A stretch of DNA of 64,000 bases from Eledone cirrhosa (taxonomy: Eukaryota). Positions 15,084 to 29,966 of this stretch are shown one piece after another. The notes beneath the pieces were generated by a model. The model ran no database searches. It was not told where the DNA came from and was given only the letters and a program-made list of their open reading frames with translations. Within the stretch, counting starts at the first letter, position 1. Each line of letters opens with the position of its first letter. Location of the stretch: contig OZ024758.1 of the NCBI GenBank assembly GCA_964016885.1, forward strand, positions 12,772,001-12,836,000. Direction: 5' to 3'. The position numbers were made by a program, and so were the translations under genes.

Positions 15084-15301
15084 TGAATAATAACAGGTAG
15101 ACATCATAAAAAAGGTAATTTATTCCAAGTGCTTACACATGTTTCAACAGTAGTTATACAGCCTAGTCAAGCTATATATGCATATATTTGTATATTTGTA
15201 GTTTTAATTACGCAAATATGTATGTATGAATGCACATACGTGTACAAACACATAAATATATGAGAAAGTGTGTGTATATTCATGCAGATATGTGTTTAGA
15301 A

Positions 15302-15373
<72 letters not shown>

Positions 15374-15515
15374 GTATATATGCATTTATAGGTATCGGGA
15401 AGTGACCACAGTTTCAGAGGTCCTCAAATCATTTGAAGAGTATAAGAATCTTTATTATTCATGTAACTTAAATCATATCTATATAAAATAATATTATATA
15501 TATACATACACACAC

Positions 15516-15607
<92 letters not shown>

Positions 15608-15715
15608 GTGCATTTCCAATAGTATGATGGTATAAAGGCGCCTACGCAAAAAAAAATTAGTTTCAACTTATATCACTTTAAAATTAATTTTATACTTACC
15701 TTTAAATATTCCTAC

Positions 15716-15788
<73 letters not shown>

Positions 15789-15808
15789 GTGTGTGTGTAT
15801 ACATACAA

Positions 15809-15909
<101 letters not shown>

Positions 15910-15993
15910 TATGTATACCTGTGTGTATACATGTATGAATATAATAAATATAATATATAATTATAAATACATATAGATATAAATAAGTGCATG

Positions 15994-16088
<95 letters not shown>

Positions 16089-16211
16089 TTATATACACAC
16101 ATACAATATAAATTTTAAATTATAAAACTCATGTTTGCAAATATTGAAGAATTCTACGGATGAATCTTATATAACATATAAAAAATATTTATATGAATTT
16201 TACACAACTGC

Positions 16212-16278
<67 letters not shown>

Positions 16279-16637
16279 TATATATATATTATAATAAATG
16301 TTCGGTAAATCCATACGTACATATATATATGTGTGCATGTATGTGTATATATACATACTACTGTACGTTTGTATACATATATGTATGTACGTATACATAC
16401 TTATATATATATATTTATATATATATATATTTATGTATCTATATATATTTATAAACATATACGCGCTTGCTTATATATATATATATTTAATATATACACA
16501 CACACACATATATATATATATTTATATATATACATATATATATATATATACATATATATACACACACACATATATATAAATATATAATAAATATATATAT
16601 ACATAAATATATATATACACATATGCATGTACATATA

Positions 16638-16679
<42 letters not shown>

Positions 16680-16937
16680 ATACGCCTATGCATATACATA
16701 TATATATATTATTATATATATATATGTATATATATATTCCTTTTTAAATACCTCCTAACTAAATATCAAACTAAGTATTAGCATTTTAATTATTTCTTTT
16801 CTAGATTAAAACCTAAAATAACAAAATAATTTAATTCTACAAAATATATAACATGTCTATGTGTTGAAATAGAGTTTTACATAGAATTTTACATAGAATT
16901 TTAAATAGAATTTTACAGGATCGGGCTACAGCTTTGC

Positions 16938-17013
<76 letters not shown>

Positions 17014-17301
17014 TTATATATATATTTATGTATTTAAAACATTAACAGAGAAAGCTTTAAGCAATACTCCGACCGACTTCCGTCTCACTCAACAAACATT
17101 AGAATATACCTTAGTATAATCCCAATTATACGTTTGGGGTGCTAACTATACGTATTTTGCAGATAGCCAGTTGTAATATTTTATATGAGACATAATTAAA
17201 TACATCCCTCTTTCCATATTTATGTATGTATATAAATATATATAAATATATATATATATGTACATATGCATATATATAAATATATATTTACACACACACA
17301 C

Positions 17302-17335
<34 letters not shown>

Positions 17336-18298
17336 GAATTAGTTTTTCTTTTACTGAGTATTAGTATATGAGAGGCGTTTATAGAAATGTCTTGTATTAT
17401 ACGTTTCCTTTTAATATACAACATTGTAGAAATATTTTCAAATATTTACAATCTATATATTCCTAACTCTAATCCTCGACATGACTAATCAAAGGAGTTA
17501 ATAATAATAATAATGATTTCTACTATAGGCACAATGCGAGCAATTTTGGGGGAGGGGAAAGTCTATTAAAAACATCCTAATACGTTACTGGTACTTTATT
17601 TATCGACTCCGTAAGGATGAAAAGTAAAGCCACCTCGACGGGATTAGCTTAATTAAATTTAAAATAGTAATAAAAATGATAATAATGTTTTATTTATAGA
17701 CCACAAAGGGTTTATATCCATTAAGGACAGAACAGGGCGATGTAATGCGGGTTTCTACGTGTAAAAATGAGCATAAAATAAAACCAGATGATGTAACAAA
17801 AAAATAAAACCAGATGATGTAACAACAAAAATTGTTGTTACACATATTTATGTGAATATAGATATTAAAATAATTATTTTGTCACAGGAACAAACAGATT
17901 AAAGAATAGCGTAAAGTTTATATAAATGACAGTAAGATATAACTGGTATTGTACTTGATTTATCGACCACGAAGGGAATAGAGAAAGATTTTTCCGTGAG
18001 AATTCAAAATTACGTACAACGAAAATTATGGCGTAGCCGTGATAGGTTTTTTTATTAAACAAAAAAAACACACACACCACACACACCACACACACAGACA
18101 CACACACCACACATACACACACACATGAGCCTTAAAATATAAAAATAAATATATATATATATATATATAGGATTTTCCATTTATCACTGAGTATATGTAT
18201 ATATATATATATTGAACAATATATGTATATTTATATTTGTATGTGAATATATATATTGAGAAAAAAAATAATGATATATATATATTGAAATATATATA

Positions 18299-18381
<83 letters not shown>

Positions 18382-18388
18382 ATATATA

Positions 18389-18431
<43 letters not shown>

Positions 18432-18497
18432 AAATATATGTATATTTATATATGTGTGTGTATATATATTGAAAAAAAAATATTGATATATATATTG

Positions 18498-18540
<43 letters not shown>

Positions 18541-18673
18541 TATATATATATATATATACACATATATTTATATATGTATATTTATATATATACACATATA
18601 CATATATATATATATATATATATGTATATTTATATATATACATATATTTATATATGTATATTTATATATATAC

Positions 18674-18705
<32 letters not shown>

Positions 18706-18708
18706 GTA

Positions 18709-18796
<88 letters not shown>

Positions 18797-19159
18797 CATG
18801 TCTGCTTTGTGCCGTGTAGGTTAAGTACAAACATAGATATATTTATATACGGTGTACACTTTAGATATCCGGTTACGAGTTGTGTCAGCGGGAATGAAAG
18901 TGTATATTTACCACATATGATTCCATTGAGCACAGATACAAATATATCGGTAATCCCGAGGCTTAGTTTAAACCTGGATATAACTAAAGTATTAATTTGA
19001 GCAAAACATTTTCAGCTATATTCATATTCTGATTAATAATATTATCAAATATTCTAAAATTAGCTAGACGAAGTTAAATGTCGAAAATAGAGATGTTTTA
19101 TATATATATATTAATATATGAGTGCGTGTATATATATATATATATATATATATGAGTAC

Positions 19160-19212
<53 letters not shown>

Positions 19213-19303
19213 AATATATTTATATATATATGTAAGTACAAGCACGCAGAAACACGCAAGATTTATATTCATATATATATATATATATATATATATACAG
19301 GCT

Positions 19304-19359
<56 letters not shown>

Positions 19360-19479
19360 CATACATACATATATATATATAATATATACATATATATATA
19401 TAATATATACATATATATATATATATATAATATATACATATATATATAATATATACATATATATATATATATATATAAT

Positions 19480-19530
<51 letters not shown>

Positions 19531-19551
19531 ATATATATGTACATAAATGTC

Positions 19552-19588
<37 letters not shown>

Positions 19589-19634
19589 ATACATATATAT
19601 ATATTATATATATACATTTGTATATATATACATT

Positions 19635-19667
<33 letters not shown>

Positions 19668-19943
19668 GGCCATATGAATGTATTGATAGATATAGAGATA
19701 GTTCTTGATCTCTCACATGGTGTATTGATCGTTTTTATTATATATACAGGTGAACAGCTATTTTGGTTGTGGTATATGGCGGATTAAATTCACACTGTAG
19801 GTTGAAACACACAATATATTATAAGGAGCATATGAAATACCTTTACATAGCATATATGTTTATATATAGATATAGGTATATACACACATATACCTACAGT
19901 CCCGCATATATATATATATATGAATACATCGCGCTCTCTCTCT

Positions 19944-20052
<109 letters not shown>

Positions 20053-20283
20053 TACACATTTACGTACGTTTTTCGTATTCACGTACGTTTAGTTGGTCTG
20101 GAAGCCCAAATATTTCAACCGGTGCCGATGGAAAAGAACCGGTTTATTGTCTTCGTTACAGAATGAAAAAAAGACCAACGAAACGTGCGTTGGGCATAAT
20201 AATTATAACTAAAGTCGTCCTATTATATAAATGTATATATATATATATATACATAACACACACACACATATATATATATATAT

Positions 20284-20360
<77 letters not shown>

Positions 20361-20814
20361 CACAGACACCTACATATACATATATATATACACACATATA
20401 TACAAATATATATATATGTCATATGTATGAATGTGTGAGTGTTTGTGTGTATTTTCCAATACATAATATATATTCTGCTATGTGAGTATATATATATATA
20501 TATATGCATGCATACACATACATATATACACACATTATATACATAGATACATATATATGTCACAGGTATGAATTTGTGAGTCTTTTCCTATACATAATAT
20601 ATATTCTAGTGTGTGAGTATATATACCTTGATGTGTGTGTGTGTTTGTATGTGTGAGTGTGTATGTGTGTGTTCCTTTCATGCCTAGGTGTAATGTGTAA
20701 CAAGGAATCGACCACTGTACATGTTGCCTCGTTAATGTTTAATATATTTTTCTAGCTCAGTGTATTTAGTTAGTTCCGGAATGGTTATAAAATATATAAA
20801 TATATGATAGCAAT

Positions 20815-20869
<55 letters not shown>

Positions 20870-20871
<2 letters not shown>

Positions 20872-21098
20872 TGAGATTCTACAGGACTAGAACTGTTTCA
20901 TTCATTAGAAATCATCAGGAGTCTGGGTATCAAAAAATAAATATGGTATTTATTTTTTGATACCCAGACTCCTGATGATTTCTAATGAATGAAACAGTTC
21001 TAGTCCTGTAGAATCTCATCTATATTAAAACTGTTATACTCTGCTATGTATTGAGTACCTTACTTACTGTGGTTACCTCCGATTCAACCCGGAATAAC

Positions 21099-21099
<1 letters not shown>
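20870..21099 (+). mobile_element. Family A foldback cassette with two head-to-head hammerheads (20874-20924 minus, 20966-21016 plus)
   Basis: AGACTC CTGATGA tTTC taat GAAt GAAACAG ttctagtc CTGT A GAATCT. Palindrome of ~150 bp centred near 20945; (TA)n on both sides; 3' tail GTATTGAGTACCTT...GGAATAACG. Confidence 0.75.
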
Positions 21100-21148
<49 letters not shown>

Positions 21149-21150
<2 letters not shown>

Positions 21151-21429
21151 CGAAGGAAATGTGGTAAGGAACCAGGTGGACCATAACGCACCAAAGTACT
21201 CAATACTTAGGGTAGTAGAGTGGGTAATAGGAACAAGTAAGACCCCGACGGCTGAGCTCAATTAGCCGGAATTAGCCAGAATTAGCCAGAAATAGCCAGA
21301 ATTAGCCGTCGAAACGGCTTGGGCTCAGCCGTCGGGGTCTTACTTGTTCCTATTACCCACTCTACTACCCTAAGTATTGAGTACTTTGGTGCGTTATGGT
21401 CCACCTGGTTCCTTACCACATTTCCTTCG

Positions 21430-21431
<2 letters not shown>
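21149..21431 (+). mobile_element. Family B foldback cassette (half-hammerhead) with full-length inverted arm and central 10-mer reiteration
   Basis: Arms are reverse complements out to both (TA)n tracts. Centre has 5 copies of AATTAGCC(A/G)N, then GAAACGGCT tgggctc AGCCGT C GGGGTC. Confidence 0.8.
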
Positions 21432-21496
<65 letters not shown>

Positions 21497-21699
21497 ATCT
21501 TTGGGGCTACACAGTAATACAGAAGACCCGCCTTGCCTAAGTACAAAGCGAAACCTACAGTCAGTAGGCACCTTTAACAAAAATACACCCTGTCCCACTG
21601 CCACCACCCCATCCACACCACCCACTTCAATGTAGAGTTATGTTGGTGCCACAACATCCAGTCCGAAACAAATGAGGTCGTGTAAAGTGTCACGACAAA

Positions 21700-21907
21700 A
21701 AAACACACAGTCCACGCTGTAAAGTGGTCGTGTGGGCAACACGGTAAAAACCTCCCAGTCCACACTGTAAACGTGGTTGGTGTTAGGAAGGGCATCCAGC
21801 CGTAGAAAACCCGCCAGACAGTCCTATACGAGCAGGACAACCAATCTTGCCTCAAGTGGGAAAACTCCCGTCCAAACCCATGCAAGCGTGGAAGAAGGAC
21901 GTTAAAC

Positions 21908-21941
<34 letters not shown>
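21700..21941 (+). mobile_element. SINE/LINE 3' tail ending in (GAT)n
   Basis: GGTGTTAGGAAGGGCATCCAGCCGTAGAAAAC...CCCATGCAAGCGTGGAAGAAGGACGTTAAAC(GAT)n, the layout of a retroposon tail with a short-repeat terminus. Confidence 0.55.
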
Positions 21942-21943
<2 letters not shown>

Positions 21944-22057
21944 ATATATATATATGTATGTATATATATGCATACATCGTCATAAGCCCATAAACATATT
22001 CATGCATTTATCTATCTATCTCTCTATATATATAAAGAAATATATAATATATATATA

Positions 22058-22124
<67 letters not shown>

Positions 22125-22184
22125 GTTATTTGGACTTTCAGTTATTCCTGGACTTTTCCGACGGAATTACTTCATTCACACACA

Positions 22185-22243
<59 letters not shown>

Positions 22244-22269
22244 TCATGTATTTATGTATATGTATATGC

Positions 22270-22339
<70 letters not shown>

Positions 22340-22626
22340 GCATACATATGCCATATGTTATGGCTTGTTAATTCAAATTATATCTATTGTCATGTCGTTT
22401 AAAACATGGAGTACGGCACAACTGGATTGTATTTAGAGTTCTCTGGAATTTATAGGTTTCGCGTTTGCATTTTTATTTTAGCTTTGACATAACATTCTAC
22501 GACTTAAGAATTCATTTATTAAAACTATATTGATTTGGGGTTGGTATTGTTTTTGTTGTCGTTTTTGTTACTATTTAGGTTCCTAGATCAATTCTCAATA
22601 TGTGACGCTATGATCAAAGCTGATCT

Positions 22627-22756
<130 letters not shown>

Positions 22757-22790
22757 AGATTTGAATGGATACAGTTTAGTTGAAAGAAAT

Positions 22791-22907
22791 TTATTGACAC
22801 GTGTTTCTATAACAGTTACATAACCTAAAACAGCTATCTACAAACTTTTAGTTATGCAGACATTCAATATTTCAATGTTATTGTTTACTGTCATTTCATC
22901 AGAATAA
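22791..22907 (-). ncRNA. Hammerhead ribozyme with long stem II
   Basis: Minus strand: TTATT CTGATGA a ATGACAGT ...long insert... ACTGTTAT a GAA ACACGTGT C AATAA. 5-bp stem I, 8-bp base of stem II, perfect palindromic stem III, triplet GUC, AATAAA overlapping stem I. Confidence 0.75.
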
Positions 22908-22952
22908 TATTACTGAGGACCTATTTAGTTTTTATAGAGAATATTTTATAGA

Positions 22953-23040
<88 letters not shown>

Positions 23041-23045
23041 CCATT

Positions 23046-23240
23046 CATTCTGATGATTTGGTGGTATGAGTACCATTTGAAAATTGAGTATCTGCAAATT
23101 AATAACTACTAATTTGCATATAGCATGACTAGGCTGTGTAACTACTAAAGAAACATTTGCAAACACTTGGAATAAATTCCTTTTTATAATGTCTATATGT
23201 TTTGTTAACCATTCTTTATATATATATTATATAAATATAT

Positions 23241-23283
<43 letters not shown>

Positions 23284-23363
23284 TATAACTATTATATAAC
23301 TATTAAGCTCTGTAACTTACATAGAGCACTCTTTTTCCTGGACCTTTCCGACGGAATTACTTC

Positions 23364-23367
<4 letters not shown>
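23046..23367 (+). mobile_element. Family C cassette: degenerate long-stem-II hammerhead, AATAAA and 3' tail ending at (TA)n
   Basis: CTGATGA TTTGGTGGT ... ACTACTAAA GAAAC atttGCA (triplet mutated from GTA), AATAAA at 23171, and a tail TAGAGCACTC...GACGGAATTACTTCATT(TA)n. Homologous pieces at 15078-15190 (-, GAAACATGTGTA), 14960-15022 and 22130-22176. Confidence 0.6.
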
Positions 23368-23414
<47 letters not shown>

Positions 23415-23443
23415 TATATATACACACACACATATATATATGC

Positions 23444-23483
<40 letters not shown>

Positions 23484-23502
23484 ATATATATATGCATTTA
23501 TA

Positions 23503-23602
<100 letters not shown>

Positions 23603-23611
23603 TATATATAT

Positions 23612-23699
<88 letters not shown>

Positions 23700-24189
23700 T
23701 ACATTGGATATATCTATATTTAGGAATACATCTTTCATACGTCTATCTATCTATATATATTTTTATTTTTATTTTACACAGAATGTTAGCATATCACATG
23801 AAATAGTTTGACTGCTATTTCTAGCACAGATTAGGACAAGGTGACGTGGTTCCCTCATTAGATTCATACAGCATATATTTCTCGTCCAAAGCACAAAACA
23901 CATAGAGTACGGGCGCACACACTCACACACACACACACACACATATGCATGGACGTACACACGCGAGTGCATACACATGAAAGCACACATTTAGATTCTG
24001 TTCGGTCAAGTTATGACATGTAGGATTTTAACCACCTTCTCCTGATTACACCAGCATATGACTGGTACCTAAATTATCGAACCACCCAACCCCAGCAACT
24101 TAAAGGGACGCCATTACAGAGATATTCCTCGTACTTAGTTCGGCATTTATTCTAAAACACTGCCATGTAAAGCCCTCCATATTGTAACA

Positions 24190-24386
24190 AAATTAACAAT
24201 ATTAACATATTTAATGAAGGCAGTAGTAGTAGTAGTAGTAGTAGTTCTTGTTTAGCCCCAGGTTAACCCCAAAATTAAATATTAACATATTTAATGAAGG
24301 CAGTAGTAGTAGTAGTAGTTCTTGTTTAGCCCCAGGTTAACCCTGATTGTGAAAGGCATTCAATTCTTTACTCTTATAGTAGCATT

Positions 24387-24426
<40 letters not shown>

Positions 24427-24464
24427 CAGTAGTAGTAGTGGTAGTAGTAGTAGTAGTAGTAGTG

Positions 24465-24504
<40 letters not shown>

Positions 24505-24575
24505 CAGTTCTTGTTTAGCCCCAGGTTAACCCTGATCGTGAAAGACATTCAATTCTTTACTCTTATAGTAGTATT

Positions 24576-24627
<52 letters not shown>

Positions 24628-24715
24628 TGGTAGTAGTAGTAGTAGTAGTAGCAGTTCTTGTTTAGCCCCAGGTTAACCCTGATCGTGAAAGTCATTCAAT
24701 TCTTTACTCTTATAT
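24190..24715. repeat. Tandem array with (TAG)n spacers
   Basis: GTTCTTGTTTAGCCCCAGGTTAACCC occurs four times, separated by variable (TAG)n. Confidence 0.9.
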
Positions 24716-25560
24716 CTTTTACATGTTTCTAGAAAATGTTTTATCCAATGTGGCGTTCAATTTTTTTAAGCCAATTGTATGGGATTTGAGGGAGATTTGG
24801 CTGCTACTTCTAACAGGTTGAGAGACGGTGTTTGCTCTTAATAAAAATAGTTAAAGTAGAACGAACGAGTTAGATAGCAGGATTAAATTACTTTACTTGG
24901 TGGCAGTGTGTAGCTGTGTGTGTATGTGTGTATGTGTGTGTGTGAGCTGTGTGTGGCTGTGTCTGTGGCTCTCTGTGTGTGGATGTGTGTGTGTGTGTGC
25001 ATTTGAGCAAGATATAATATGGCCGTTTTCACAATATCTTTGTCTATTTTCGTGAAATTGTGGTGATGATGATGATGATGATGATGATGGTGATGGTGAT
25101 GATAATGTTGTTGTTGATGATGATGGTGATGCTGATGATGATGATAATGATGATAATGTTGATGATGATAATGTTTGTTGATGGTGATGGTGGTGATGTG
25201 TGTGCATGTGTATGTATGATAACACAAACAAGTTTGTGTATGTGTACGACTTCAAACCTCCTTTTAATTTATGTGTCAAATGTTTAATTACCTCTTCCCC
25301 TGACTACAGACAATTATTCTAGCTTTGGCCATACTGTAGTACACCTATGGACAGGAAAAGAAATATCTCATTAGCCAGCGTTCTCTTTTATAAGGCATTG
25401 CAATGTAATTTGAGGGAAATTCAGCTGATATTTCTAATTTGTGGAGCGACTACCTAGAGACCTCCTCATTGACGCGATTTTAATTAATAGCTGTATGATG
25501 TGTGTATGTGGGTGAGCTTCTGTGTGTGTGTTTGATTAATATATGGATATATGTATATCA

Positions 25561-25805
25561 ACGTGGCCTTGTGGTTAGGGTTTTCGGCTTTCAATCATAA
25601 GGGTGTAAGTTCGATTCCCTTCGGCGCATTGTGTCCTTGAGCAAGACACTTTATTTTACGTTGCTCCAGTCCACCCAGCTGGGAAAAAATGAGTTGAATC
25701 TTTAATTTGAAGGGGGCCAAAACTTGTCACATTCTGTGTCACACTGAATCTCCCTGAGAACTACAGTAAGGGTACGAGGGATCAACTGTAACACTCATCG
25801 TCGTA
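25561..25805 (+). mobile_element. tRNA-derived SINE, longer copy
   Basis: TGGCCTTGTGG A box, GTTCGATTCCC B box, GTCCTTGAGCAAGACACTTTATTTTACGTTGCTCCAGTCCAC, and an extended 3' body. Confidence 0.7.
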
Positions 25806-25939
25806 AGCGACGGAGTGTTTTTTATATAGTTGTATATCAATGTGTATAATAGATGAATGTATTAATGTATATAGATGTCTCTGTGCTGTGTAGAATTGAG
25901 TATGTATACATACACTAAATACATATAAATGTAAACGTA

Positions 25940-25976
<37 letters not shown>

Positions 25977-26417
25977 TGGAAGTATACATGCATACATGCA
26001 TATATACATGTACAGATGTATGCAAATATGTATGAATGCATGTGTATATATGTATGTAAGTACGTATGTATATATATACCTTTTGACAGAGCTCAACTGT
26101 ACCTGTAATTCGAAGTGCCAGGCTAGTCATATATATATACATATATACATACATGTATATATGCATGCATGTATATATTCATGCATGTGTAGATCTATGA
26201 TTGTAAATATGTGTGTATTTATGTGTCGTTTAACAGTGTTCAACTATATGTGTTCTACATGTGTATGTGTGCTATTATACACATTGATATACAACTATAT
26301 AAAAAACACTCTGTAGATTACGACGATGAGTGTTACAGTTGATCCCCGTACCCTTACTGTAGTTCTCAGGGAGATTCAGTGTGACACAGAATGTGACAAG
26401 TTTGGCCCCCTTCAAAT
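25706..26417. repeat. ~145-bp inverted repeat (25706-25851 / 26272-26417)
   Basis: GAAGGGGGCCAAA.CTTGTCACATTCTGTGTCACACTGAATCTCCCTGAG...CAATGTGTATAATAG recurs as its reverse complement ~420 bp downstream. Confidence 0.85.
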
Positions 26418-26509
26418 CGTGTGATGGCTGTGTTTGTAATTATGTGTGTGTGAATATTGTGTACGGTGTGTTGAAGTGAGAGAGGTGTAATGATATAACA
26501 GATATCGTG

Positions 26510-27015
26510 TGATTGAAATAACTGTGTATATTTTATATTAAACTGTGTAAATTTTCTAGTAATGTGTGTAAATTTTCTATTAATATGTGTATATTTTATA
26601 TTAAACTGTGTAAATGTTCTATTAATGTGTGTAAATTTTCTATTAATGTGTATATTTTATATTAAACTGTGTAAATTTTCTATTAATATGTGTAAATGTT
26701 CTATTAATGTGTGCATATTTTCTAATAAACTGTAGATTTGCTATAAATGTGTATATATTTTCTATTAATGTGTGTAAATTTTCTATTAAACTGTGTATAT
26801 TTTATATTAATGTGTATATATTTTATATTAATGTGTGTATATTTTATATTAATGTGTGTATATTTGCTATTAAAATAATAATGATGAAATTATTGCGTAC
26901 AGTGCTCAGGTGCACTACAACCTATCAAAGGTGAATGTGTATATATTGGTGTATATTTCTATTAATGTGTGTATATTTTCTATTAATGTGTATATATTTT
27001 CTATTAATGTGTTTA
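26510..27015. repeat. ~21-bp minisatellite
   Basis: Repeated ATTTTCTATTAATGTGTGTAA/TAT variants. Confidence 0.85.
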
Positions 27016-27766
27016 ATTACACAGCTCAATGAGTGTAAAATACATACATGCGTATGTATGTGTGTATATGTGTGTGCCTATGTGTATATGTGTGTGTGTG
27101 CATATGTGTGCCTGTGTGTAGATGTGTTTGTATCTCTGCTTGTATGTGTGTGTATTTGTGTATATCTGTATGTATACATGTGTGTATCTGTGTATATATG
27201 TGTATGTGTATATGTGCCTCTATCTATGCCTCTGTGTGTGTGTATCTGTGTATATCTGTGTGTATATGTTTGTGTGTGTGTGTGTTTGTGTGTGTGTGTT
27301 TGAGTACCTCTATGTGCCTGTGTGTGTGTTTATGCGTCTGTGTGTATATATATATGTGCCCTTATTTATGTCTATCTATGCTTGAGTGTGTGTATCTGTG
27401 TATCTGTGTATATATACGTGTATACATGTGTGTATCTGTGTATATATGTGTGTATCTGTGTATATCTATGTGTATATATGTGTGTATCTGTGTATATCTA
27501 TGTGTATATATGTGTGTATCTGTGTACATATGTGTGTATCTGTGTATATCTATGTGTATATATGTGTGTATCTGTGTACATATGTGTGTATCTGTGTATA
27601 TCTATGTGTATATATGTGTACATATGTGTATATCTGTGTATATCTATGTGTATATATGTATATATCTGGGTATATCTATGTGTGTATATGTGTATATCTG
27701 GGTATATCTATGTGTATATATGTATATATCTCTGTATATCTATGTGTATATATGTATATATCTGGG

Positions 27767-27830
<64 letters not shown>

Positions 27831-28113
27831 AGTGTGAGTGGATGGGTATGTGTGCACTTGTATTTGTGTGTGTGTATGTGTGTGTGTCAGTGTGAGTGGC
27901 TGGGTATGTGTGTAGTTGTAATTGTGTGTGTATGTGTGTATGTGTGTGCGTTTGTGTGAGTGTGTGTGTGTGTCAGTGTGAGTGGATGGGTATGTGTGCA
28001 GTTGTATTTGTGTGTGTATGTGTGTGTATGTGTGTGTATGTGTGTGTATGTGTGTGTATGTGTGTGTGTGTGAGTGGATGGGTATGTGTGTAGTTGTATT
28101 TGTGTGTGTATGT

Positions 28114-28150
<37 letters not shown>

Positions 28151-28185
28151 AGTGGTGAGTGGATGGGTATGTGTGTAGTTGTATT

Positions 28186-28249
<64 letters not shown>

Positions 28250-28824
28250 TGTGTGTGTGGAGCTGAAGTCTATTTATGTAATTGTATTGGTTGGTGTAGA
28301 GACGTTTACAAGCCTCTTTCGCAATGTCTCCGTCAGAAGCGGCGTCTCTTGCTTGCTATTTACTTGAAGAGACGACCAACTGCAATTAAAGGAATTCCTG
28401 ATTGGGGTGTGGTTGCTGTGGTGGTGGGGGAACTGCAGGAATAAGGAGGGAGGCAGGGGGGACGGGGTTAATTAACAGACGTTATTGCCAGGAAAGTGAC
28501 TCAAGTGATTCCAAATGCTCGTCCTTGTATTGATTGACATGACAGTGGTAATAATAATAATGATAATAATATTACTAATTATAATGATGATGATGATGAT
28601 GATGATAATAAATAAATGAATAATTAATTAATTAATTATTGTCTATTGGCCACAAGGTTACGAAATATTACGGACAATAGAAGGACGAAAACCAACACAA
28701 GATGGGTTCTCAATCTGACAAAATGAAGGGAAAAAAATCAACAAATAGTGGGGGGGGGGGTTTACTTTGAACGCACACAAATACGAACACACACACACAC
28801 ACACACACACATATATGTATTATA

Positions 28825-28905
28825 CAGGGTGCACCCCCAAAATGTATACATACTTTGATTACCTGTTCAGGAGGCAATATTTATTAGAATATTTGGGACA
28901 CCCTA
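28825..28905. mobile_element. Tc1/mariner-type MITE (related copies 13267-13369, 51181-51258; solo ends near 32516 and 32705)
   Basis: TA-CAGGGTG...CCCAAAA / TTTGGGACACCCT-ATA terminal inverted repeats, 80-100 bp, in TA context. Confidence 0.6.
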
Positions 28906-28933
28906 TATATATATATATATATACAAGCACACA

Positions 28934-29057
<124 letters not shown>

Positions 29058-29753
29058 TACACAGTATAAACATTTATGTAGAAAATAAAATAAAATAAAA
29101 TAAAATAAGTTGTTTCTGCCAAAGTTTCCAATTAATGATTTCTAACACTCAAAATTTTGGCAGAAGGCCAAATATATTGTATATATATTGAAGGTGGGTG
29201 TATATTTTGTAGGTGGGTGTATATATTGTAGGTGGGTGTATATAGTTGTATTTATGGGGTTGAAAATTGAATCTGACCTCAGTTGAATTTCAACCCCGAC
29301 CGACATCAACAACAACAACAACAATAATAATAATAATAATGTAGAAAAAGATGGTGGGTAGGATGAGGATAATAGTGACGATTGATAATGGAGATAAAGT
29401 GTTTATATTGTTGTTATTGTTGTTGTTGTTGTTGTTGTTGTTGTGTTTAGCCCCGGGTCAGTCTAACGATGAAAACCAATGAAATCTTGAATGGTTCTGA
29501 TATTTATCTGGGTTAATAAACAACTAAAACTACATTATCCTGTGTCTGGGGTCTCTACTTTCCCTCATAATAACCAGGCTTTAATACACACAACCATGGA
29601 TGTTTAAGATTTCAAAACAACAGCAAGGGGAGGTATCAATCTAACAACCAATCGAATGTTTTGGGTAAAAAAAAAAAGACAACTTATTAGGGAGTGGGTC
29701 TTGTCTTTAGAACCAACTGGTGAAACGAACAAACAGATTTCAATCTAGATATT

Positions 29754-29966
29754 CAGGGTGACCACAAAAACACACCAGCTACGTTATTGTGGAGTGAACG
29801 CCATCTTGAATTACACTGCCATCTAGCGGATCGAGTCAATTTTGCGAATGCGGAAAGAAACTTTGTTAGTTTATGCAACCGAAGCCACTAATATTGTACG
29901 AATATACATTTAAGTTTTGATATTGAAAGTATTTGAAATGAAGGAGTGTTGTTTATGATCACCCTG
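29754..29966. mobile_element. Mariner-type MITE
   Basis: TIR CAGGGTGACCACAAA / TTTATGATCACCCTG; internal CTGCCATCTAGCGG. Confidence 0.55.

Noticed and set aside
20081-20195. Short inverted repeat containing GAAACGTGCGTT
   Set aside because: Resembles a hammerhead 3' half, but there is no core and only one copy here.
21073-21540. Recurrent [41 protein letters not shown]
   Set aside because: Starts at a non-ATG codon inside the family B repeat and runs into (TA)n; recurrence reflects repeat copy number.
24190-24715. CRISPR-like repeat-spacer appearance
   Set aside because: Spacers are (TAG)n microsatellites in eukaryotic DNA; no cas genes.
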